Below are positions 40,146-51,974 of a stretch of DNA of 64,000 bases, one piece after another (positions within the stretch are counted from its first letter, which is position 1; each line of letters begins with the position of its first letter). The notes beneath the pieces were generated by a model. It was given only the letters and a program-made list of their open reading frames with translations, was not told the origin of the DNA and did no database searches. This stretch comes from Isurus oxyrinchus (lineage: Eukaryota), in the NCBI GenBank assembly GCA_026770705.1, contig JANJGN010000003.1:114886001-114950000 (forward strand), read 5' to 3'. The position numbers and the translations under genes were made by a program.

Positions 40146-40309
40146 GGAAGCATTTGAACCACAGAACCATAAAAAAGTTATGGCACAGAAAGAGGCCATT
40201 CAGCTCAACATGTCTGCATTGGCCAAAAGAGAGAAAAAAAAACAGCCACTCATTTTACTTCCTCTTTCCAGCACCTGGTCCATAGCCTTACAGGTTTTTT
40301 CTTATTAAT

Positions 40310-41303
40310 CTACAAGATGTGGGCTTCGCTGGCTAGGCCAGCATTTATTACCTATTCCCAGTTGCCCTTGAGAAGGTGGTGGTGAGCTGCCTTCTTAAAC
40401 CGTTGCAGTTCATCTGGTGTAGGTACACCCACAGTGCTGTTAGGAAGCGAGTGCCAGGATTTGACCCAGTGCCAGTGAAGGAACGGCGATATATTTCCAA
40501 GTCAGGATGGTGAGTGGCTTGGAGCCGAACCCACAGGTGGTGATGTTTCCATGTGTCTGTTGCCCTTGCCTTTCTAGATAGTAGCGGTCGTGGGTTTAGA
40601 AAGTGCTGTCTGAGGTCCTTGGTGAGTTGTTGCAGTGCATTTTGTACACACTGCTGCCACTGTTGGTTGGTGGTGGAGGGCGTAAATGTTTGTGGAAGGG
40701 GTGCCAATTAAGCGGGCTGCTTTGTCCTGCAATGATGTTAAGCTTCTTGAATGTTGTTGGAGCTGTCATCCAGGCAAGTGGAAAGTATTCCTGACTTGTG
40801 CCTTGAAGATAGTGGACAGGCTTTGAGGAGCCAGGAGTTGGGTTACTCACTGCAGGATTCCTAGCCTCTGACCTGCTTTTGTAGCCACAGTATTTATATG
40901 GCTAGTCCAGTTCAGTTTCTGGTGAATGGTAATCCCCCAGGATGTTGATAGTGGGGATTCAGCGATGGCAATGCCATTAAATGTGAAGGGGCAATGGTTA
41001 GATTCTCTCTTGTTGGAGATGGTCATTGCGTGGCACTTGTGTGGCATGAATGTTACGTGCCACTTGTCAGGTCTTGCTGCATTTGGACATGAACTGCTTC
41101 AGTTTCTGAGGAGTTGTGAATGGTGCTGAACAGTGTGTAATCCTCAGCAAACATCCCCACTTCTGAACTTATGATGGAAGGAAAGTCATTGATGTAGCAG
41201 TTGAAGATGACTGGGCCTAAGACACTACCCTGCAAAACTCCTGCAGTGATGTCCTGGAACTGAGATGACTTCCAACAACCACAACCATCTTCTTTTGTGC
41301 TAC
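40310..41303 (-). mobile_element. 5'-truncated copy of the tRNA-headed LINE family
   Basis: QGSVLGPVIFNCYINDFPSII..FAED (RT) and the shared 3' tail. Confidence 0.8.
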
Positions 41304-42132
41304 GTTACAGTACTTCAGGTCCAAATCCAGGTACCTTTTAAATGAGTTGAGCATTTCAGCCTCAACCACCAATTTGGGCAGTGAATCCAGATGCCCACCA
41401 CCCTCTGGGTGAAAATGTTTTTCCTCACATCCCTCTAATCCTTCTACCAATCACCTTAAATCTATGCCACCTGGTAATTGACTTCTCAGCTAGAAGAAAC
41501 AGGTATTTCCTATCTAACATGTCTAGGCTCCTCATAATTTTGTACACCTCTAAGTTACCTCTCAGCCTCCTTTGTTCTAAGGAAAACAACCTTGGCCTAT
41601 GCAATCTTTCTTAATAGCTGCAATTTTCACCACTCTTGTAAATCTCCTCTGTACTCTGTCCAGAGCAATTATGTCCTTTCTGTAATGTGATGACCAAAAC
41701 TGTACACAGCTGTGGTCTAACCAGCATTTTATACAGTCCCAGCATTACATGCCTGCTCTTGAGTCCAATAAAGGAAAGCATTCCAAATGCTTTATTTCCC
41801 ACCTTATCCACCTGTCCTGCCACCTTCAGGGACCTGTGAACATGCGCTCCCAAGGTCTCTCACTTCCTCAACCCTTCTCAAAACCCTCCCATTTATTGAA
41901 TATTCCCTTGCTTTGTTTGCCCTCCCCAAATACATTATTTCATACTTCTCCGGAATGAATTCCATTTGCCACTTTTCCGCCCACTCAACCAAACCATTGA
42001 TATCACTCTGAAGACAACAGCTGCCCTCTTCATTATCAACCAAACAGCTAATTTTTGTGTCATCTGCAAATTTCCCAGTCATGCCTCCCACATTTAAGTC
42101 CAAGTCATTAATATATACAACAAACAGCAAGG
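41304..42132 (-). mobile_element. CR1 RT and C-terminal fragment
   Basis: LFVVYINDLD...KFADDTKI...WAEKWQMEF. Confidence 0.8.
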
Positions 42133-43436
42133 GCTATTTGGGGCCCCTGGTGAATTGTGGGGAAGTTGTTTGGGGTTGGGGGTTGTTGGGGGAGGTGCAC
42201 AGTGGAATAGAATGCAGTGAGTTAGACAGTTTCCCTACAAGTCAGGGAGGCCAGGGGCAGAAGTGGGTGAAATATTACTTAATAGGGTATCCAATAGTTG
42301 GGTGGGTGGGTGGGGTGCGAAGGGACGGTGTGGTGTAAAGCTGCTTGTTGAAGGTGAGAATGCAAAGGCTAAAATGATGATCAGTTACTGGGTCAATAAA
42401 TTCTTGAATGGAGAGGAGTACCTATGGGGTGGCGATGATACTCAGGGGTGGAGGTGATAGTCAGGGGTGCTGATAAACAAGTCCCAGAGTTCTCCAAGGG
42501 ATAGGATGTACATCGTTACGTTGTTCATTATATGATGGCAAAAAGGGCAATGTTTGTGAGTGGGAATATGAGCAACCCCCTTTAAGTTGCTTGGTTCTTT
42601 TGCGGGGCGTGGAGGAGAATATCAAGAGTTGAGATGCAGTGCTGCTCAATCGGCTATGAAAGGTGAATAACCTCCACTGAGTGATGAAGGCAATGTGAAA
42701 CTATTCAACAGGAAGGTGAGTTATACGTTGTTTAAGAGTACATGAATGAAAAGGAGACTCATGGATCTGCCAAGCTTGTAATCAGATACCTTGCCTTATA
42801 AAAATCCGAGGGATTTGGGAGTCAGGCAGACCTCGTGGATACAGTGTTGGGCAGAGACAGTAAGGGAGGAAGGCATGAGAGTCAGTCAAGCAGGTGGAAA
42901 AGCAGATGACCCAATGGCTTGGAGGGCCAAGGTAGTTCAGGAAGGTGATGATTGCATTGTAGGAAGGGTGTGAGAAAAATTGCAATGAAGACTTTTTCAG
43001 TCTTTGCTGGAACAGGGAACCATTGGCCTGGTGAGGAGGCTGTGGATTCATGGAATCGGGGAGGCAAGAAAATTGACATTTACTTTTACACCTAATTACT
43101 TATCTCTTAATTATCTGTACAACATAGCTGCTGGGCATGAGAACAGTGGTTAAGAGGAAAAAAAACTGGCTCTTCCTTTACGACCTTCCTTAAGACTCAT
43201 CTCATTGGCTAACCTTTTATTCATTTAAGTTGTTAATGATGAGCCTTGGGACTGTTTTTCTTTGTCAGATGCAGATTGTTATTTAAAAGCCTTCCCAAAG
43301 TTCTTGTATGGCTCCTTTATAATAACAACTAAAACTCATTTGCCCTTTTCATTGTCCTTTTGAATAATCAGTGTATCTTGGGTGTTGGGGAGAGAGGGTT
43401 TTAGTTATCAGAGATTTAATCCTGCAACTTGACATG

Positions 43437-44188
43437 GGCCAGAATTTTTCCATTGGCAAGTTGGGGGCAGGGCCTGCTTGCCAACGCGAAAATGATGCTG
43501 GATGACATGGGGCGGTTGGGGGGGGTTGGTGTGGGGGGGTGGGGGGGGGGGTGTGGTTGGGGAACCCCTGATGTTATCCTGCCCCATTTAAAAATTCAGG
43601 AAGGCGGGCAGACAACAAAATCAGCTGTCAGTCCGCTGACCTGTCAATGGCCAATTGAGGCCATTGACAGGGTAGTTAACCCTGTTTCCCTGCGGGAAAA
43701 CCCAGTCCAGCCTAGTTTACAAACATATAAAATTGATCTGCAGCAAAAGATTAGCTGTCCACCATGATGGCTAGAACATCATAACCGAATACTCCCTCCC
43801 ACTGGCGGGATGAGGTTTCATGTCTGTTTTTAAAAAGTTTAATAAAGATTTAGTAATATTTACTAACATGTCCAATCTCGTGTGACATTGTCACATGAGG
43901 GGGACATTTTAATAATTTTTTTATTTTTCTATTTTCGATGTTTGTGAAGCTTTCACTGATCTCACAGAGACAGCACTTAGTCTCAGGGAGATGAGCGCTG
44001 TTTCGCGCGCGCGCACTTTGACAGTTGGGGAATATCCCCCTCTTCCCCCTCCCCCCCCACCCCGCACAGGAAGCACATAGCACTTCCCATCGGGCAGCCC
44101 ATCCACTCAAAATGGTGGCAGCGACTGGCTGTCCACCCACCGCTGAGCCGGTCGGGCCTGCCCGCCCATCAAGGGCAAAATTCTGCCC
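43437..44188. mobile_element. MITE with Harbinger-like TIRs
   Basis: Left GGCCAGAATTTT and right AAAATTCTGCCC form inverted termini around a non-coding interior. Confidence 0.65.
43689..43800 (+). repeat. 112-bp direct duplicate of 44655-44766
   Basis: cctgcgggaaaacccagtcc...ccgaa[t/c]actccctccc, with one mismatch between the copies. Confidence 0.92.
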
Positions 44189-45225
44189 CGGAGGCAGCCT
44201 CCCTGCAGCAGGCTGAGGGTTCACCGGAGCCAGAATCTCCATGCACTCCTGCCAAAGTCTGCATAAATAAAAGGCCACATTTGTGGCCAAAGCTGATCTA
44301 ACAGAGGGGTTTCCACTGTAGACTCCTTGGAGTGAGGGGCATCCCCTCTGCTCTGACGGATGTACTGACTTGTTCCCTCTTTTCCACTTCATTAACTTCC
44401 TTGTTGAGGTGCCCTTGCAGTCTTCAATCTGCAGTCAGTTTCCACCTCTCTTGGTGAGGCTGCTGAGGCTCCAGGACTACTGGCCTTCTAGGCCTGTGTG
44501 CAGCATGGACAGCCTGACTGCCATCCTTAATAGGATGGCAAGCGCAGAGGCAGCCAGTTAGGAGCCCACCTCTGGGGAGATTGCACCACTAGTCTTGCTG
44601 TTGGCAAGTGCAGGCTCAGGATCCCCATTTGGTCCTGACGACCAGGTCCTGATGCCTGCGGGAAAACCCAGTCCAGCCTAGTTTACAAACATATAAAATT
44701 GATCTGCAGCAAAAGATTAGCTGTCCACCATGATGGCTAGAACATCATAACCGAACACTCCCTCCCCTTCCCCGTCGATCATCACACAAATGCACGTGTC
44801 CACACAAATACGGACATACAAACTTCAGCAGCCACGTAATTTCTTGAAAGCAAGTGAAAAAACAAGGGCCAGTAATGGATGAAATATCTTGGAAAATTCT
44901 TCTCTGACCCCTTTAGGTGATCGGATCGCATGGACCAGTGTTATCTATAAAGACACTTACCTTCTATATGATGAGCTCTTTGCTCTCGTCAAGAACCAAT
45001 CCAGATCTCTCTAGTATTTGTTTTCTAGTTATATTTCAATTCCGAGAGTCTAAAAAAGCATTTTTTATTAAAAAAAAGCAAATATCAGTTTATTTTTCTT
45101 GCATGTAACTGTAATTTTGTAAAATTACTGAATTATTCATTGTACATCCTGAAAAATGATAAATTCTCGTTCCATCATTCTTAAAACTAACATTAACAGT
45201 TAATTTATTTTGTAATTTATTATAG

Positions 45226-45309
45226 GGTTCAGTCACAGAAAATATCTATTAAAGGGAATAAACAAAAGGACAAAGAAAAAGAAACCAATAGACTCTCATC
45301 AGGAAGCAG
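45226..45309 (+). CDS. PPP1R9A: Neurabin-1 long-isoform exon, phase 2-2
   Basis: Acceptor ttattatag, donor AG|gtatgc. Encodes VQSQKISIKGNKQKDKEKETNRLSSGS(R), resembling mammalian SKGKKWKEKEKEASRFSAGSR. Confidence 0.85.
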
Positions 45310-46366
45310 GTATGCTGCAGTACTGTCCACCAACATCCCCTGTATTTAACTTGTGCACAAGCTATTTCATTCCATTTAACTGCAGGGATCTTTAAATTTT
45401 TTTGTGCAGCAGTTTAAAGAGGCTGACTTATACTAAGGCTTCATAGGAACCTCTTGGAGCTTAGAGGGAACATTACAGTTGACCAAGGATTTTGTTGCAT
45501 TTTCAACTTTCAAGTTTTATAAAATTTTATAATATCTAATTCAAAAATGAAATTGCACTTTGGTCAAAAAAGTGGCACTGTCCAAATCCATGTAGAAAAG
45601 TTTTTCTGTTCTGACTTCTGCCTAGGCGGATTGTTTAATTCAGGAGACAGTTCTTAAGGTGTTTCTGAGATAAAGGAGAGAAATTGGAAAAGTATATTTG
45701 GAAGTTATTTCATTATTCATTCCAGACAATAATACATTTGAACCATAAACATTTTGGGAATAGCCAAAATACATACTTTCTTGCACCATCTACTAAACAT
45801 TCCAAAAGTGGTTATTATCACTGCAGTAAGAGTCTTGACTGGATTTTCTTTTTGTGATTTAAGGCATCTGAAAATTTTAATTCTCATCTTCAATGCCTCT
45901 AAACTTTTCACATTGATAAAATAATGAACCATAGTTCTTGTGTTTTCATACTAACTAAATGTACTGGTGCTACCTAATCCATATAGAGGTGAATTTAGAG
46001 AGACTTTTATTCTTTCAAGGGTGTGGGTGTCACTGTTTAGGCCAGCATTTGTTGCCTATCCCTAACTGCCCTTGAGAAGGTGGTTGTGAGCTGCCTTCTT
46101 GAACTATTGCAGTCCATGTGGTATAGGTACACCCCACAGTACTATTAGGAAAGGAGTACCCAGGATTAGATCAAACCTCAATCCAGTAACGTGGATCAGA
46201 TAATTGTGCATTGTAGTTAATGTACCCAGTTCATGGCACTGCCCCCTTTTCTACTCATTATTGTTAATGAACAAAACGCACAAGTGCCATGGATCTGGTG
46301 GTCAGACATTCACTCACGGTTCTCTGATTTCCGCAAGTGACAATCAAGACTCTTTGCCTTGCAAAG

Positions 46367-47244
46367 TGTTATGATATAGCAGGTGATATTTACCAGACTG
46401 ACCAGATCCACAAGGGAAACTTGGCCATGCTATTACAACGATTTTGCAATTTGTATTTATTACAAGAAAGCTTGTGCACTGAAGTCAGAAATAATGAGTC
46501 CGCTACCACTTTTAGAGATTTTGATGATTAAGTTAAAACATTTATTAACAAAAGAAGAAAAAACTTATACAAGATTACAGTTATAACAGTGATAACAGGT
46601 TCCAAAATTTCTATTTAACCAGATTCCCAGAAACACACCCCCTTTAAGGCTACAGTCCAGCAACATTACCACAAGCACCCACTGGACAATGGACTTCCAA
46701 AGACTTTTAACACAACTTTGGTTACTGGAATGGCAAACATCTTCAGGGTGGCTGGAGGCATTTCCCCAAGTCTGTTTTACACAGTCACCTTTCAAGATCT
46801 CACATGGCCACACCTCACCCAGCCTTCCATCTTTCTTTATAAATATATTTCTCCCTTTTTGATCTGTTAATCCTATTGTTTCAACTTGCCTTAGAAGTTA
46901 CTTTTCCCAGAATATTAGAATCTTTCATGTTATCATTATGGCCAGCACTTTTGGGAAAAATCAACATAATCACTTGGCCTTATTTATCTTGCCCAGTTGT
47001 AAAAAGCTTCCGTGTCCCTTTAAAAATCACACTTCTCCACTTATCTAAAAATGCAAATTCCATTCACACCATATCTGCTGACCTCACCTTAGCTTACTCA
47101 TCTCTATTTCAAATGCCTGTTTTACACCTCACTACTTTTGAGAATTTAAACCTTGTAGTCTAATTGTCTCTAGCTTAATGAAGTTAACCGCACATACAGA
47201 ACCATATACACACACATAAGCCTGCTTGTTGAATTTGTATTTAT
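46367..47244. mobile_element. Possible solo-LTR-like element truncated by the Penelope insertion
   Basis: Starts TGTTATGA and is non-coding. No matching right end or TSD was found. Confidence 0.25.
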
Positions 47245-47948
47245 TTGTCAAGGAAGGGAAGGGAAGTATCAGAGATGGACCATGTGAAAATGATGGAGGG
47301 GTGGAGATTGGAAGCAAAATTAATAAATTTTTCCAGGTCCCGACAAGAGCATGAAGCAGCACCGAAGTAATCATCAATGTACCGGAGAAAAAGTTGTGGG
47401 AGGGGGCTGGAGTAGGACTGGAACATGCGACTACCCATAGCCACACCTTTTATTTGGATGAACTGAGAGGAGTTAAAGGAGAAATTGTTCAGTGTGAGAA
47501 CAAGTTCAGCCAGACGGAGGAGAGTAGTGGTGGATGGGGATTGTTTCCACCGATATCCATTAAAAGCCTACCGACTCCCACAGCTACCTCGACTACAGCT
47601 CCTCACACCCACTTCCTGTAAGGACTCCATCCCATTCTCTCAGTTCCATCGCCTCCGTCGCATCTGTTCCGATGATGCTACCTTCAAAAACAGTTCCTCT
47701 GACATGTCCTCCTTCCTTAACCGAGGTTTTCCACCCACGGTCGTTGACAGGGCCCTCAACCGAGGTCCGGCCCATCTCCTGCGCATCCGCCCTCACACCT
47801 TCTCCTCCCTCCCAGACACATGATAGGGTCCCCCTTGTCCTCACTTATCACCCCACCAGCTTCCGCATTCAAAGGATCATCCTCCGCCATTTCCACCAAC
47901 TCCAGCATGATGTCACCACCAAACACATCTTCCCTTCACCCCCCCGCG

Positions 47949-47979
<31 letters not shown>

Positions 47980-48985
47980 CGGCATTCTGTAGGGATCGTT
48001 CCCTCCGTGACACCCTGGTCCACTCCTCCATCAACCCCTACTCCTCAACTCAAACCTACGGCACCTCCCCATGCATACGGAAAATATGCAACACCTGCCC
48101 CTTCACTTCCTCTCTCCTCACCATCCAAGGGCCCAAACACTCCTTTCAAGTGAAGCAGCGTTTCACTTGCACTCCCCTCAATTTAGTCTACTGCATTTGT
48201 TGCTCCCAATGCAGTTTCCTCTGCATTGGAGAGACCAAACGCAGACTGGGCGACCGCTTTGCAAAAACACCTTCGGTCTGTCTGCAAGAATGACCCAGAC
48301 CTCCCTGTCGCTTGCCATTTTAACACTCCACCCTGCTCTCTTGCTTGCTGCATTGTTCCAGTGAAGCTCAACGCAAACTGGAGGAACAGCACCTCATCTT
48401 CCAACTAGGTACTTTACAGCCTTCCAGACTGAATATTGAGTTCAACAACTTTAGATCTTGAACTCCCTCCTCCATCTCCACCCCCTTTCTGTTTCTTCCC
48501 CCTCCCTTTTGTTTTTTCCAATAATTTATATAGATTTTTCTTTTCCCACCTATTTCCATTATTTTTAAATCTATACCTTTTATGCCCTTTTATTCTTATT
48601 TCACCCCACCCCCACTAGAGCTATCTGTACCTTGCTTGTCCTGCTATCCATTTTTAATTAGTACATTCTTTTAGATAATATCACCACCTTCAACACTGTT
48701 CTTTTGTACCATTGTCACTGACATCTTTTGATGATCTGCTTCTATCACTGCTTGTTTGTCTACACAACCACCTCTCTCTCTCTCTATCTCTCCGCCCCCC
48801 ACACACACACCTTAAACCAGCTTATATTTACCCCTCTCCTAGGACTGTTAAGTTCTGTTGAAGGGTCATGAGGACTTGAAACGTCAACTCTTGTTCTTCT
48901 CAGCCGATGCTGCCAGACCTGCTGAGTTTTTCCAGGTATTTCTGTTTTTGTTTTGGATTTCCAGCATCCACAGTTTTTTGTTTTT
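47245..48985 (+). mobile_element. Penelope-like element with an inverted 5' segment (47245-47543 on -, 47547-48985 on +)
   Basis: RT core FLRYIDDYFG on the - strand. KPTDSHSYLDY, SIPFSQFHRLRRICSD and GIY-YIG NLVYCICCSQCSFLCIGETKRRLGDRF on the + strand. Confidence 0.88.
48851..48889 (+). ncRNA. Minimal type I hammerhead ribozyme remnant in the Penelope terminal repeat
   Basis: AGTT-CTGTTGA-AGGGTC-atgag-GACTT-GAAA-CGTC-AACT: stem I AGTT/AACT, stem II, GAAA box and GUC site. The CUGAUGA box has one substitution. Confidence 0.6.
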
Positions 48986-48989
48986 ATTG

Positions 48990-50109
48990 GGGCAGCTCGC
49001 TCATGTACACTGCACGCATACGCTGCACCCCAATCACAGTGGCCCATCTGAGGCATCCAGTGGCTCTTGTCTACACTACTAGTGATGAACCCCCAGAAGA
49101 TAGTACGGCTGATCCCAACCCCTTCCCCCAATGGTCCCCTTGGACACATTCAGCGTCCATCACTTTGAATAGCACACGGGTCCTAGCGCCCATGGCAAAG
49201 AGGAGTAAATAGGCACAGTGCCGATGCCAGCAGATGGGACTTGCCCAAAAGACCTTGAGGCACCCCTTCGACCATCTCATTACCATCAATATGACATGTG
49301 TTGGAGTTCTGAGTATGTGTCTACCGGCCTCCCCTGCAGCTTGCCCCCAAACTACTCAAATGCCACAGAAACCAACATATGCTGCGGGAAAAGTCCTTCT
49401 TCTCCTCCACCACTAAGGCTGATGTAAGCATTGTCAGTACCCATTTTCCCACCCAGCGTACGACAGATGCCCTATGTAGTAACAACAGCAATACGTGGTG
49501 GGGGAGGGGGGTGGGGGTGTGGGGTCAAAGGCTAAGGCTGCCTTTTGGGTCAAGTGGCCAAGACAGACATGGTACTCACCCGCCCGGAGCACAGCAAATC
49601 ATTGAATCGTTTTCTGCACTGTGTGCCAGTGCGCCGGACGTCATCATGGGAACTTACAGCCTCACCCACCTCCCCTCACGACTGGCTGGTGACATGGGGA
49701 CCTTCCTCCTCCAATTCTCAGGATACAGAATCTGACACCGGTTTCCCACCTCTTGCAGGAGGACAGCAGGGCATGCATCCGAAAACCTGGGGACACAGTG
49801 GCCCCTCCGCTGGCCTCTCCTGCAGCCTGTCCCCCTCCTCCTCCACCTCCTCCTCTGCCCTCCATGCAACATTTCTTGATCTCAGAGTGGCCAAGATGTA
49901 CTGCTTCAAGCAGACTGCCTGGCCACTCTTTAAACAGGCTGCCGGCACCCCATTGGAACCGGCAGTCTGAGGCCACCCACCCCTGCGACTATTTTCCTGT
50001 TCTCCACGGTGCAAATGGTAGCGCAGCCCATTTCACCAGCGGCAATCAGCCACCCGCCCACCACCGAGTCAGTCGGGCCTGCCCGACCGACCAACATAAA
50101 ATTCTGGCC
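48990..50109 (-). mobile_element. PIF/Harbinger derivative with a Myb/SANT-like exon
   Basis: PRFSDACPAVLLQEVGNRCQILYP...SHDDVRRTGTQCRKRFNDLLCSGR|gtgagt at about 49578-49795. TIR AAAATTCTGGCC ends at 50109. Confidence 0.75.
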
Positions 50110-51775
50110 AATGTCTCGTAGTGTTGTGTTTTTTTGGAACTGATATCACCACATTGCAAATTAATCAATATGGCCTCCCTTTCTGTTCAGTAACAAAATA
50201 ATCCGTCTCCCAACTCTCTTTTACCATTCTGCCTTCGTCACCAATTTTCCTCTTTTTGGCTAGTTCTTCCTCTGTACTTTTTGATTTTGCACTTGATTCT
50301 CCTCCTTTTATCACGCCACTTCAATACAAAGTGATCCATTACATAATTCGGGGAAAATTAAATTACCAGCAAAAGTAACATAATTAGCGCAACCTCCCAC
50401 ATCCACCGGTGTCATAACCAAGATGGTCTCCCAGGATAGAGTAATTTTGCTAACTACACCTGCGTACCTAGAATTTGTGGCGTGTTCCTATTGAACTGTA
50501 GCAGCACTTTGGACACAGAGGGAGCGCATTGCTCTCACAGCCAAATGTTGTGTGCAATCAGCACGCACCTCACTTCACGTGCCCTTGCTTTGTGTGCATA
50601 TCAGTTTAGTAATACCGGGAGGAAAGACCTATGTGGACAAAAACCAGCGGAATCTGGCAACCTGTGTGGGTAACAAGCAACAAAACGTCTAGCGAGCCGC
50701 ACTTAGAACCCTGATGGGCCACAGGTTGCCCACCACTGACAGACCAACCTGAGCACTGATTCAGTCACAGGCCAAATCATCACTGGCTGAGAGCTCTCCA
50801 AACCCAAAAAGCAGGCAGTGACACGTCTCAGAATTCCACAGTCAACCTGGAGTTCCTGTTCTCCTTGTTTGCAATGGAGCCATTCCGTGATACCTCCTGT
50901 CATTGATGACATAAAGCTGGCGAACAGAGGGTGAGCTGATCTATTAAAGGGAATGAGTACTTTGAATGAAAGTTCCACCCTTAAAATGTGAATATTATTT
51001 CACAACAAACTGACATAACAACCCAGTTTTGCTGCCATTGTGTTATGACACAGCAACTTGAAATCAGTCATGATCGTATTGAATGGCAGAGGAGGCTTGA
51101 TGGGCTGTATCGTCTTCTCCTGCTCCTATTTCTTATGTAGCATCCCTATAGCTCAGCATTGCAGTGTGCCTGCAAGGAAATGGAGCCACAGCTAACCATT
51201 GCAGTCAGTTGATGTTCCACGCACATGCTACATGCTGATGTAGAATTGTAACTCTGTGCTGACCCAAACCTCGTGAAGATGGTTCGCATGCCTTGGCAGT
51301 TCTAAGGCTTGCAGATCACTGCCTGCTGATCAACCTAATTTGTCTTTTTTAATGCAATGCCATTAAGAGCATAACTGTACTAGGGCACTTTTGATTACCA
51401 ATTCAACATTACAGTTAATCCCGCATTCATTTATGGTGTCATTGGGTCTGTTGCCACAATATCTCTAAAGTGAGATATTGTCATCTGTCTTTTCAGATGC
51501 AAGGATCTCAGTAGGTGGGCACAGAGCATTTCCCACACAATGTGACCAGCCTCGCTAAAAGTCATCCTTTTATCTTCAGATGTGTCCAGTAGGGAAACTA
51601 TTATTGGATAACCCATTGGTACCAGTAGTGATGTTGAGGGGTGGAGAAAATTCTGAACAATTAATTAGTGGGATGTAGTACTCATCAGAGAGGGAATATT
51701 GTGTGCTGGTGCTTTGGAAAATATCAATAATCATGGATGCCTGTTTTCAATACATTTTTGTGTTTTTATTGGCAG

Positions 51776-51974
51776 GATCTCCAAGGATACACTAGACAGC
51801 TTGGCAAGCAACATTTCAGTGGGGGAAACATCCTCCTCTGTCTCACCATGTGTACTTTTATCCTGGTTTGGAGAAAATGCTGGAGGATACAACTCTTCCA
51901 ATAATATGCCATCCCCTAGCAGCTCAACAGAACCATCTTCTGAGAGCCTGAGTCCAGAAAAACAGAGACTTAAG
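51776..51974 (+). CDS. PPP1R9A: Neurabin-1 long-isoform exon, phase 2-0
   Basis: Acceptor tttattggcag, donor AAG|gtaatc. Encodes ISKDTLDS...SPCVLLSWFGEN...SPEKQRLK, resembling mammalian SPCMPFSWFNDS. Confidence 0.85.

Noticed and set aside
42140-43070. Possible additional LINE remnant on the - strand
   Set aside because: Composition is suggestive, but I could not identify a diagnostic motif.
47672-48293. Polyproline (formin-like) protein
   Set aside because: The prolines come from a C homopolymer inside a Penelope pseudo-ORF.
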